A DNA stretch of 25,783 nucleotides, taken from the IMG/VR virus record IMGVR_UViG_3300046786_000279, positions 1 through 25,783 of that record; one strand, written 5' to 3'. This document shows positions 8,061-17,800 of the stretch, one piece after another. Within the stretch, counting starts at the first letter, position 1. Every line of letters starts with the position of its first letter. The position numbers were made by a program, and so were the translations under genes. Source of the DNA: a virus. Lineage: Duplodnaviria > Caudoviricetes. The notes under the pieces were generated by a model. That model was given only the letters and a program-made list of their open reading frames with translations. It searched no databases and was not told the origin of the DNA.

Positions 8061-9410
8061 TTAGGCTAAATTGCCAATTCTTACTCGCGGTTTGCCACTA
8101 TTGCTAGCATCCCATACTTCAATTTTATTATCATATAATCTTATTCGATTATAGTTAGAGACATTGGGATTGCCTATAGATAAATACTGTGCATCAATTG
8201 TACCAGTTACTAATTTATCGCCAGTAATAGTGCCTTGAACAATTAAACTACCAGGAATATAGGTGGTCATTAATGCCCAGCCAACACTGTACTTATAAAT
8301 TAATGCACCGTTGTAGTTATTATAGCTAACTGTTGCCATATCGCCTGCAACTGGATTTCTTCCAATAAGTGCATATACTTCTGCATTTGTAGGTGCAGCA
8401 TTATTAGTAGAAGCACCTCGTTCAATTACATAACTTGCACTACCAGGACTTCCAGGACTACCAGGGCTTCCAGGGCTTCCAGGAGTACCCGGATCACCGT
8501 CTACTCCATTATAAGAAATAGCACGAACTGGATAACTTGTGTTAGTCCAATCAAGAGCACTTTGTGTAACAGTACCTGCTGCTGCTAATGGAATTGTTAT
8601 AGACCATAAGTAGTATCCAGGAGCAGTATTTGAGGGAATAGTGGTAGACCAACCATCTGTTACAGTAAAAGACGCATTACCCCAAGTATATGTAGAAGCA
8701 CTTGTAGGTCGGGCCGGAGGCGTATCATTGCTAGTCCATTTGTAAATAGTTGGAAAAGCTGACATACTTCCAGCAATACCTGCCTCACCTTTTGCACCAT
8801 TGTACAAAATAGGCATTGTAATAGACTTAGTTAGAGTACTACTTAAATTGCCACCACTAACTGTTAAAGTTACTGTTACGTTTACTGCTGTATCACTTGG
8901 CGTAATTGTAATACTTGTACCAGTGCCGCTAGTAGGGCTTCCACCTTGAATTACCCAACTATACGTGGCTCCAGTTATGTTTTGAGTTACTGCAGTTAAT
9001 GTAGCATTTGTTGGAGTAAAAACAAGTGCAGCATTTTGTACAAACGCTGTATATCCAGAAATATCAATAGTTTGTGCAGCCGCTGAAATAGGGGTTGCAC
9101 TTAATTGATTTGATACAGTATATATGCTTGTATCAATAGCACTAATATAAGCATACTTGACATAATATGTAGTACCTGGTACAAAAGGTGTAGGAACACT
9201 AGTACCATTTGCTAATCCTGTAAGTGTAATAGATAGACTTAGCCCATCAAATACCAAATTGGCATCTGATGGGGTAAAGTTATTTGTGGTAGAACACCAA
9301 ACTTTTACTTTTACTAAATCGTCTCGTATATCTGTTGTCCTTATACGATCATAAGGAGTAGTAAGTTTTAATATTAATGAATTTACGCCCGGGGCTAATA
9401 CTGCGGCCAT
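8061..9410 (-). CDS. Central tail fibre/spike protein corresponding to the C-terminal part of gpJ (T5 pb4-like position)
   Basis: FN3-like N-terminus (L....GTTYYVK), collagen-like stretch, GSLIVQGTITGDKL beta-repeat and terminal I.V.D....RVRIGNL motif characteristic of gpJ C-termini. Confidence 0.7.
   Translation of the reverse strand: MAAVLAPGVNSLILKLTTPYDRIRTTDIRDDLVKVKVWCSTTNNFTPSDANLVFDGLSLSITLTGLANGTSVPTPFVPGTTYYVKYAYISAIDTSIYTVSNQLSATPISAAAQTIDISGYTAFVQNAALVFTPTNATLTAVTQNITGATYSWVIQGGSPTSGTGTSITITPSDTAVNVTVTLTVSGGNLSSTLTKSITMPILYNGAKGEAGIAGSMSAFPTIYKWTSNDTPPARPTSASTYTWGNASFTVTDGWSTTIPSNTAPGYYLWSITIPLAAAGTVTQSALDWTNTSYPVRAISYNGVDGDPGTPGSPGSPGSPGSPGSASYVIERGASTNNAAPTNAEVYALIGRNPVAGDMATVSYNNYNGALIYKYSVGWALMTTYIPGSLIVQGTITGDKLVTGTIDAQYLSIGNPNVSNYNRIRLYDNKIEVWDASNSGKPRVRIGNLA
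8436..8507 (-). repeat. Collagen-like Gly-X-Y repeat (8 triplets, 9-nt DNA period)
   Basis: GVDGDPGTPGSPGSPGSPGSPGSA. Confidence 0.9.
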
Positions 9411-9419
9411 ATTTATCCT

Positions 9420-12400
9420 TTACCTAATAGTTTCAATAACTATATTTCCAATAGTACTAGTTTTACTATAGTTTCCAGAAATATCAAGACCTCTACAAGC
9501 TATTTTATAACTAACCCCGGCTTCTGATATTGCATCTGTAATTTTTGTTAAGTCAAATCTACCTTGCGTTCGACTTTGTACAACTTTGATTCCATTTGCA
9601 GAAACAGTAGTATCTAAATCCCAGAAATCTTCAATCCCCGTGCCTTTAACCATCCTGAATTCATATGTAATAAAATCAGCAGATTTAAATGTATCACTAG
9701 GAGTTGCAGTAATGTATATATTCTCTAAGTCTAGAACAATTCCTGGACTATTACTAAAACTATCTGTTTTACCATTTACTGTATGATAATATACAATAGA
9801 CCAAGGGCCTACAACACTACCTGTTGCATTAGTATACCTAGCTCTAAACTTATACATTGTTAAAGTTTTTAAGCCTGTTACAGTTATACTGCCTGCTTCT
9901 TTATTTACAGTATGAGTAGCTGCAAGAGTCTCATTATTAAATTCTGCATTGCCTAACTGTACTTCTAGTTGTATTCTTGTAGCTTCTGCTGTTAGTCCTG
10001 ATTGACTAACAAAACTAACAATAGTAACGTTTTGATAAGTTCCACCTGCAATAGCTTCACTGATTGCGCTATCACTAGTTATTTTATCAATAACGGGTGC
10101 TTTTGTAACAGTGCTATTTACTACATTTGAGCTATTTAATGAAATATTAGTATTATATGTTGTAAACTGATCGAAATCATAAGTATAAATGTTATTAGTA
10201 TTTCCTGATCCAGAATAGTCCATAAGAGTTATTCTAGCTGCAGTATTACTGGTAGGCTCTATACTTAGTACAATAAGTTCTTGTGATTCTGTTGGGCTAA
10301 CTTTGCCTAACATATACAAATTATCTATTTCAATTTTGTCAGCAGTAATAATGGATCCAACATTAATAGTATCATACATACCTGTACTGCTAACTGTAAA
10401 AGTTTTTACAGTTGAATTTTCAGTACCAGTGGTTGTTGTTGGAGTATTATATCTTACACGTATTTGGTAGGTTTGTCCTTGTTGTAGATATACTTGCTCA
10501 GATAGCTTTAATATGCTTCCTGATATATTAGTAATTCTACCGGATGACAGTCCCCACAGCGGAACATCGTGTGTTACTCGTACTAAATCCCCACGATTAC
10601 AAACTAAATATTCAAAATCAGTATTAATAGTATAACGTTCTGGACGTAATTTTAATTGTGCTAAATGCCACTTTGCTAAAAACTCAGCTTGAGCTAGATT
10701 AGTAACGCCTGGAAGATTTAATTCTTCAAATACCTTAGCAGTACTAATATTTTTAGGGTAGTTATAGATAATTGTTTCATCGGGCTGATATGCTTTATCT
10801 TCATTACTAAAAGTAACTCTGAAAGCATCTGGCAATCTTGGTAATAACTTTACTGCTTCAAATCCCCAGCTATTATGTGGAGTGAAGTGTTGTGTTACAT
10901 AATCTCTTGGCTTGTCAACAACAATTGTCCATTTACCATCAACAAAATTAGGGCTAGCTAATCCTGCTGCTGCAATGTCTCTAAGAGTATCCAGCACACT
11001 TTGTGTACTTGATACTACAGCATTGTATCGTAAATTTTTAGCTTCACAAAATTCATGCCATTGCTGTAAAGCAATCATATCAATCTTGGAGTATCTATCT
11101 GCATATTCCACACGATACGCATTTGCTGGATGTGTTATTACATACAAAAATAAACTAGCTGGATTACTAGTTGTTTTTCCTGGTTCCCACTTATTTGCGG
11201 TACTATTCCAATCATCACAAATAGTTTGTACTATTGCATTGATACCATCAATATTACCATTAGCTTTATTAGTGCTTTGTAGACGGATTGCAGTTTTAGC
11301 CAAATAAGTATTATTTGGCAAAGCTTTTAAAGGAGGCTGTGATGTATTAAACCCTGTAACAGAATATAAAGATACTTTATGATAGTTTCTTAAATTATCT
11401 GCGGGTTCTACTTCATCAGAGTTATTTCTACGAACTCTAACTTGATATTTTGCTAAAGGTAAGTTTTTAATTCTATAAATAAAATTAAATGCATCTTTAC
11501 GTTTATTATAAAATCCTGGAGTACCAAAGGCTAAAACTGTATTGGGATTAGCTAAGTTGTTTAATCCGCCATTTGCAGTATAAGTTATTTTACAAGCAAT
11601 TCCTGCTAATCCAGCACCACTATTTTTTGCAGTGACTCTAACAGGATAGGTTCCTGCAGTTATATAAACTAAATTACTAACTGTAGTTCTCCAGCCTGGT
11701 TTAGATATTAAAACTGCGGGAGAGTTATCTATATATACGCCACCCTCATCATCAGCAGAAGCTTCAACATTATAGTAGCCACTATATTTAAATACTACAG
11801 ATTGTTTTGTTGCGGTAAATGTATCAGTAGTACTTAAAGTTTGGGTAGTCCAAACAGCGTGTGTTCTTAATAACTCTGACCAATCTTTATAATTTGTGGG
11901 ATGTATTACAGTTCCACCAATCAGTTCAGAACTAACAAATACTTGTTCTGCTACACCTTGTTGGGGCTGTGAGCCATATTGTTTTGTTACATAGCCTGAA
12001 GCAATTGTAACAGTAGTACTAACAGTAGTACTATAGTAGCCACCTTCTGAATCTGTAGTATTTACTGTGTTTGGAGTTAAAGTAAGACCTAATCCACTAT
12101 ATCCAGGTAAACCTACCTGACCATAATCCTGTAGATAATCAATTTGTTCAACTACGACTCCAGCTCGTACACATAAAGCATACATAGGCACATAGGAAGC
12201 CGGGATTATAGGCATACGCTTATACGTATTTGGATCATTATCTGTGCCAGTTAAACTAGCATAAGCACCTTTTTTATATTCAGCTAATAAACCAGCGCTA
12301 GGTTCTGAATCTGCATTTTCTGTGGCGGCTCCATCTAATCGTACAATACTGCCACCAGGTACTAAACAGAATACGTACCAGCGATACAGTTCTTGTTTAC

Positions 12401-13952
12401 TAGCTCCATTTTCGGGATCATAATAGTCAATGCTTTGACCCCCCAATACAGCAGTATATCCAGGAGTATTAGAACTAGCACTAGTAGTATACTGACCATT
12501 AAAGTATGGAAGGGCATCGCCCCAAGCTTCTCCATCAACATCTGGATTTGTTAAGTATTTACGAACTTGCACTTCAATAGTAGCTGCTGCATCTCGCACA
12601 TCACCAGCACCGTCACCGCTTGTAACCAGTTGGCGCATACCTTCAGGAAATGTTAAAGCGATTGCTATTTCATTAGCAGGTGTTGTCAGTGGAGCATATC
12701 TCCAAGGATTACCCTGCTCTGTGTTATTTACTAATTCTATAGGGCTAATAGAGGATGTTTCTACATCCGAAGGATACAACTGGTTAAACTGTGTATCGCT
12801 TTCATTAGCATATCCAGTTAAAGTAATAGGGGCAGGAATATTTTGTGCAAAATTATTATCGTAATAATCTTTTATTGGGTTTGCGCCAACGCAAATATCT
12901 GTTACTTTTAGTGGGCCAATGCCCCACACAATAATCATATTGATAATACTAGTATCAGTTAAAGTATCAATATAAGGGGTCGCTCCGTGTAATCCAGTTA
13001 CACGCATTTTACCTAACACAACTGGAATAGCTCCGAATCGGTTGGCTTGGTTACTAGATCCGCTAAATAAGTCTAAGGACTTTGCGGAGCCTGGATCATT
13101 TTGAGTTTGTGGACGTGCAGGTGCGATGGCATTTACAAGTGCCATACCTGCCATTTGTATTGCCATTGTAGCAGCAATATTGGTCATGGTTAAACCAAGG
13201 GTAACTTGTCCGCCCATTAAGGCTGCAGCACTAGCTGCACTAGTATATCCAGTTAATTGACCTGCAATTGGGCCTGCAACAGCAAAAACTGCCAGTGTAA
13301 GCAACATACGTGTTGCATTACGACCTTCAGCAACTGTTTTATAAGCAATTGTTTGTCCACGAGAAATAGTAACTGTATCCCACTTATCTTGTGGAATCAA
13401 AATACCATCAACAACAACAACTAATCTGCTGGACAAATATTTACTAACTTTGTATTTTTCATTTACAAAGTTTACAAAATCTTTTACGGTAGTACCTTCA
13501 ACTATCCAGTCATGTACGACACCTGTACGTAATGGATGTGGTGCACCTACTACTTGAATAGCTTCATTAGTAGAGTGTTTATAAAACCCTTGAAATCGCT
13601 TAAACCATTGTGGAGAATCTAATGATTCAATAACTGAATCACGACCTTCACGTGCATGCAAAAATTTACGGGAACCCACATAAATACCAACGTGTGCAGG
13701 TTCACCATAAATATTAAATAAACATAAGTCTCCTGGTTTAGCAGAAGTAGTTAATTCCCAGTTATCTTTATGCGCATTAATTGCTTGTGATACTGCAGGA
13801 TCATAACTTGTAGTATAAAGGTCAGCATAGCTAGGTAGATCTATATTTAATTCTTGTTTATAAAATAGACGTGCTAATCCCCAGCAGTCTACTCCAGTTT
13901 CGTCTCTGCCATTATCTTTATAAGGTAAACCTATATACTTGTTATAATCCAT
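9420..13952 (-). CDS. Tail tip fusion protein: NlpC/P60 (gpK-like) + gpI-like + gpJ-like baseplate hub
   Basis: N-terminal Y...GRD..GVDCWGL, HVGIY, FLHA (NlpC/P60 Cys-His-His); gpI-like region with a hydrophobic Ala/Gly segment and N.A...G.IPVVLG; gpJ-like TSNPA, GDLVRVTHD motifs; C-terminal FN3-like region. Confidence 0.85.
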   Translation of the reverse strand: MDYNKYIGLPYKDNGRDETGVDCWGLARLFYKQELNIDLPSYADLYTTSYDPAVSQAINAHKDNWELTTSAKPGDLCLFNIYGEPAHVGIYVGSRKFLHAREGRDSVIESLDSPQWFKRFQGFYKHSTNEAIQVVGAPHPLRTGVVHDWIVEGTTVKDFVNFVNEKYKVSKYLSSRLVVVVDGILIPQDKWDTVTISRGQTIAYKTVAEGRNATRMLLTLAVFAVAGPIAGQLTGYTSAASAAALMGGQVTLGLTMTNIAATMAIQMAGMALVNAIAPARPQTQNDPGSAKSLDLFSGSSNQANRFGAIPVVLGKMRVTGLHGATPYIDTLTDTSIINMIIVWGIGPLKVTDICVGANPIKDYYDNNFAQNIPAPITLTGYANESDTQFNQLYPSDVETSSISPIELVNNTEQGNPWRYAPLTTPANEIAIALTFPEGMRQLVTSGDGAGDVRDAAATIEVQVRKYLTNPDVDGEAWGDALPYFNGQYTTSASSNTPGYTAVLGGQSIDYYDPENGASKQELYRWYVFCLVPGGSIVRLDGAATENADSEPSAGLLAEYKKGAYASLTGTDNDPNTYKRMPIIPASYVPMYALCVRAGVVVEQIDYLQDYGQVGLPGYSGLGLTLTPNTVNTTDSEGGYYSTTVSTTVTIASGYVTKQYGSQPQQGVAEQVFVSSELIGGTVIHPTNYKDWSELLRTHAVWTTQTLSTTDTFTATKQSVVFKYSGYYNVEASADDEGGVYIDNSPAVLISKPGWRTTVSNLVYITAGTYPVRVTAKNSGAGLAGIACKITYTANGGLNNLANPNTVLAFGTPGFYNKRKDAFNFIYRIKNLPLAKYQVRVRRNNSDEVEPADNLRNYHKVSLYSVTGFNTSQPPLKALPNNTYLAKTAIRLQSTNKANGNIDGINAIVQTICDDWNSTANKWEPGKTTSNPASLFLYVITHPANAYRVEYADRYSKIDMIALQQWHEFCEAKNLRYNAVVSSTQSVLDTLRDIAAAGLASPNFVDGKWTIVVDKPRDYVTQHFTPHNSWGFEAVKLLPRLPDAFRVTFSNEDKAYQPDETIIYNYPKNISTAKVFEELNLPGVTNLAQAEFLAKWHLAQLKLRPERYTINTDFEYLVCNRGDLVRVTHDVPLWGLSSGRITNISGSILKLSEQVYLQQGQTYQIRVRYNTPTTTTGTENSTVKTFTVSSTGMYDTINVGSIITADKIEIDNLYMLGKVSPTESQELIVLSIEPTSNTAARITLMDYSGSGNTNNIYTYDFDQFTTYNTNISLNSSNVVNSTVTKAPVIDKITSDSAISEAIAGGTYQNVTIVSFVSQSGLTAEATRIQLEVQLGNAEFNNETLAATHTVNKEAGSITVTGLKTLTMYKFRARYTNATGSVVGPWSIVYYHTVNGKTDSFSNSPGIVLDLENIYITATPSDTFKSADFITYEFRMVKGTGIEDFWDLDTTVSANGIKVVQSRTQGRFDLTKITDAISEAGVSYKIACRGLDISGNYSKTSTIGNIVIETIR

Positions 13953-14509
13953 TAGAATAACCCTGGAAAGTAAGTTGGTATAAAATTATAGCACGGGAAA
14001 GGTTCACGAGTATAATCTGTCATTGATAACTCTAATGAGATAGATTCAGCACTATAACTAACACTTGTTATATAAAATCCTGGGAAGCTTGCTTCTGGCT
14101 CAGAATTTTCACGGCTGGTATTATCTGCATCATTAGAATTTCTTAGTATTAGTTCTATCTGTACTTTTACTGGAGAATGTAATTGATTTCGGATTACAGT
14201 TATAGCATCTTGTGTAACATAGTTTAATTGTATAGAGCAACTACTTACCCCAGTTTCTAGTTCACCAGGTAAGTTAATTTGCATAGGTAAAAACACATAA
14301 TCATTACCTTTATGTGTTACACCATAAACTACTTCATCATCAGTTGTAAGATTCGTTAATCGTTTAGAGAATCCGTCCGCTAATCGTGCAAAAGGCTGTG
14401 GAGGATCTTGTGAATCGTATAGGGTTAAAATCATTATTAAATTCTCGTCCGTTTCAGACGAGAACATAGCTTTAATAGCTGCTGAGCTTAATGTACTTAA
14501 TCTACTCAT
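13952..14509 (-). CDS. Minor tail protein, DUF1833/gpL-like
   Basis: 185 aa between Dit and NlpC/P60; G..Y..LP..I.LP and EPFP...F.P..FPGLF motifs. Confidence 0.75.
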   Translation of the reverse strand: MSRLSTLSSAAIKAMFSSETDENLIMILTLYDSQDPPQPFARLADGFSKRLTNLTTDDEVVYGVTHKGNDYVFLPMQINLPGELETGVSSCSIQLNYVTQDAITVIRNQLHSPVKVQIELILRNSNDADNTSRENSEPEASFPGFYITSVSYSAESISLELSMTDYTREPFPCYNFIPTYFPGLF

Positions 14510-14886
14510 GGTAATATTTCTAAATTTGCGCTTACTTGCCAGTATCCTGGTGCAAGATACTGCACTTTATAAAGTTCGCCACTACCTGCTGGTAATATAC
14601 GTACTTCTTTCCAAGTAGACTGTGTTGCATAAGTACTTAACCTTGGATGAGGAAATTTAAAACGCTTAACTCCACCAAGATTGGTTTCAACAAATGTTTC
14701 TAGATCGCCTAGTTGTGCGGTAGTTAAAATCCAGGTAACATCTAATGTACCTGGATTTGCAGATCTACGTCTTTGTTTAGCAGGGCCAGCATCCATATTA
14801 GAACGAATAATATTCATTCCATGTGTTTCTGAATACCCTTTTTGCGGTTGCTGCGGTAGTGTAGCTGGCCAAATTTCTACTGACAT
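14506..14886 (-). CDS. Distal tail protein (lambda gpM-like)
   Basis: 126 aa directly after the TMP; WP..LPQ, IRS.MDAGPAKQRRR, F....L.GG...F.FPHP motifs. Confidence 0.8.
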   Translation of the reverse strand: MSVEIWPATLPQQPQKGYSETHGMNIIRSNMDAGPAKQRRRSANPGTLDVTWILTTAQLGDLETFVETNLGGVKRFKFPHPRLSTYATQSTWKEVRILPAGSGELYKVQYLAPGYWQVSANLEILP

Positions 14887-14889
14887 ATA

Positions 14890-17800
14890 TTATCTCCTTG
14901 CTAGGGCAGGTCTAGATCCAAATGTAGTGCTAAAAGCCTGTTGCGTTGAGCTACCAGTTCTGGACACTTCTTTGGAAACCATTTCACCAATCATTACTTC
15001 AATCTTGCGATTGCCCTGAGAGTCGGTAGTTTCTCTGGTTGTTGCTTTCTCATTTCCGTAGTTATTAACAACTACGTCAACATTACCCTGCTGTTGTTGG
15101 TTAGTGCGGACTCCTAAGTTACCATTACTATCGCGCTTTAGGGGCATGATAGCTTCTGGGCCTGCTTCGCCCATCATCCCAGTGCCTTGTGCAAACTTAA
15201 ACAGTGTTGGAGAGCTAACTACTGAGTTGGTAAACATTCCGCCTTGTGCAAACTTTGTTAAACCACCATCATATACGCTACCCTGTGCACTCTTGAATAG
15301 ACCAGTAAACCAATCTATACCAGAGGAGGCTGCACCAGCTAATGATTTACCCATTCCACCTGCACCGCCTAAGCCTTCAAATAATGCACGTTGTGATGCC
15401 TGAATCTCAAATCGCAGTAAAGCCTCGCCAAAACTATTAATCATATCGCTAAAACTCAATTTACCAGTTTTAGTAAAGCTAACAATTGCATCTTCCATGC
15501 CTTTAAATGCTTGATTAAATGCATTAGTGTAAGCATCTTGACGCAAAGTTTGTTCTTGTATCATTTTTGCATCTGCAATTCGGGCATCCATTACACGCTT
15601 AATTCCGGCTACTTGTGTATCTGCATCTTTATTTATTTTATCACGGTCTACTTGTTGTAAAGCTTTAGCTGCTGCACTTAAGGGACCGCCTGCTTCTTTT
15701 TCTTTACGATCAAGTGCAGATAAGCCTGCCCTTCTTGTTTCTTCAGCGTCAGTTATTTGCTTAGTCTTATCAAGTTGTAAGCCTAAAATAGTTAATCTAT
15801 CAGATTCTTTCTTAAAAGCATCATCATTTATCATGCCCTGATCGCGCAAAATACCTAAGCGAGATTGTGCTGCTGTATTGAGTTCAATCTGAGCAGTTAA
15901 ATCGTCTGTGGTTGTTTTAGCTGCTGCAACTTTTGCTTTTTCTATTGCATCAAAAGCTGCAAGAGCAGTAGCAGTATTAGTAGCAATTGTAGCAGATGAT
16001 TCTACTAAATCTAACTCTACTTGGGCCTGTCGTCTGGTTGTATCTAATATTTTATTAGCAGCGGCGATATTACTATCACCTTCTTCTTTGCTAAGACCAG
16101 TTGCGGCTGCTTTAGCTTTTAATACTGTAGCATTTGCTTCAACTAACTTGGCTGTATAGGCATATTCAGCTTTAGATATATCAAGAGCTGCTTTAGCAGC
16201 TTGGTACTCATCATCAGTCATAGTACCGCGCTTTTGATCAAGGGCTTGACGTTGGGCTTCAATATCTTTTTCTGCTTCTTGAACGGACTTTAGACGTTCA
16301 GTTTTATCTGCTTCAATAGCACCAAACTGTTTTCTAATGCCAGCACTTTGTTGCTTACCAGCTAATTGCGCAAATTTAGACTCTAACTCAGCCCTTGCTT
16401 GGGCGGTTCCTAATGCCTGTCCAAGGCCTTCGATTGTTCCAGAGTCTGGGCCTGTTCTGTTCTTTTTCTGATCTTCGAATTTGGCATTAATATCTTTTAC
16501 ACTAGAATTAAGATTATCTCGGAGAGTGCTCAAGGCATTCTTTTGTAATAATAGTGCCTTATTTTCAGGTCTTGCTAATGCTTGGTCTTCGGACTCACCT
16601 GGTTTAACTACACCTGGTTTTCCAATATTAATAGCATAAGTATTTTCCATTATTGCTAATTTTAACTGTGCGTTAGAATCAATTAAACCCTTTTGAGTAG
16701 TTAATAAAGCTTTATCTAAATCAAGTGTTTTCATCTCGATTCCAGACTCAACTCGGGCTTTTAATCTAGCATCAACAATACCTTCAGAGGCAGTTTTCTT
16801 AATCTCTAAACCAGCACGAGCTGCAGCATCACGTAAACCTTCTGTAAAAGTTTTAATGTTTGCTACTAAACCATCGCGCATTGAGCTTGCAAAAGTTTTT
16901 GCAGCACCATCTAATCCTTGTGTTGTAGCGTCTTTTTGTGCTACATAAGAATCACGCAGTTTCTTTAAGTTGTCAATAGCTTGTTCAGCTTTTGCTAATT
17001 CTTCTGGTTTACCAGTAAATGAGAGTGGATTATATCCAACTTTAGAAGCAATCTCTTCCCAGTCACTAATAGCAGTTGTACTTGCATCAATAAGACTGTC
17101 TAAATTAGCATACTCCGTACTCATCTTTTGTAGACTTTGCGTAGTATTTAATATATTTTTAGCTGCTTCAATTGGAAACAATTGTAAGAAATTTTGGTCA
17201 TTAGATAAACGAGTTAATTCTGTTAATCGTTCTGTAATATCACCAGTTTCAAGTACTTTTGTTAGTTCCAATATTTTCTTACTAGAGTCTTCTGCGAATT
17301 TTGCTAGAGGTGAGGAGCTTTTAAATGTATTTTGTAAATCTTGATAAAGTTTGCCGCTTTCAACTAAACTTTCGTTAAATAGTTTAAAAGACCCACTCGA
17401 ACGAACTGCTTCTTTACCAGCACTATCAATTAACTTAGCAGCTTCTTTCTTAATTACTGGACCGGCATACTTTAAGCCTTCAGCAATAGCTTTACCACTA
17501 GCATCAGCAGGTAAACTTACTAAGGCAGCTAAATCTGCTCGTAATTTAATTGCTTTTTCTGAGCTGCCTGCTAATGCAACTGCACGCTCAATAGAACCTA
17601 CAACTTGTTTAGCTAATAGATCTTCGGAACTTCTACCAATTATACCAGCTAAAAAGTTTAGGGTACTATCGGCCCAATTACGATTGGCTAGTTCTTTTTC
17701 AAAGTCGTCAAACGATTTAGTTAAAGCGTCCCCGATACCAGCTAAAGCATTGGCTCTTGCGCTAATATTCTCAATAGTAATGCGCTCCAATGGATCTAAT

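Noticed and set aside
8436-8507. CRISPR-like or VNTR array
   Set aside because: The 9-nt period with synonymous variation simply encodes Gly-Ser-Pro collagen-like triplets; there are no spacers.
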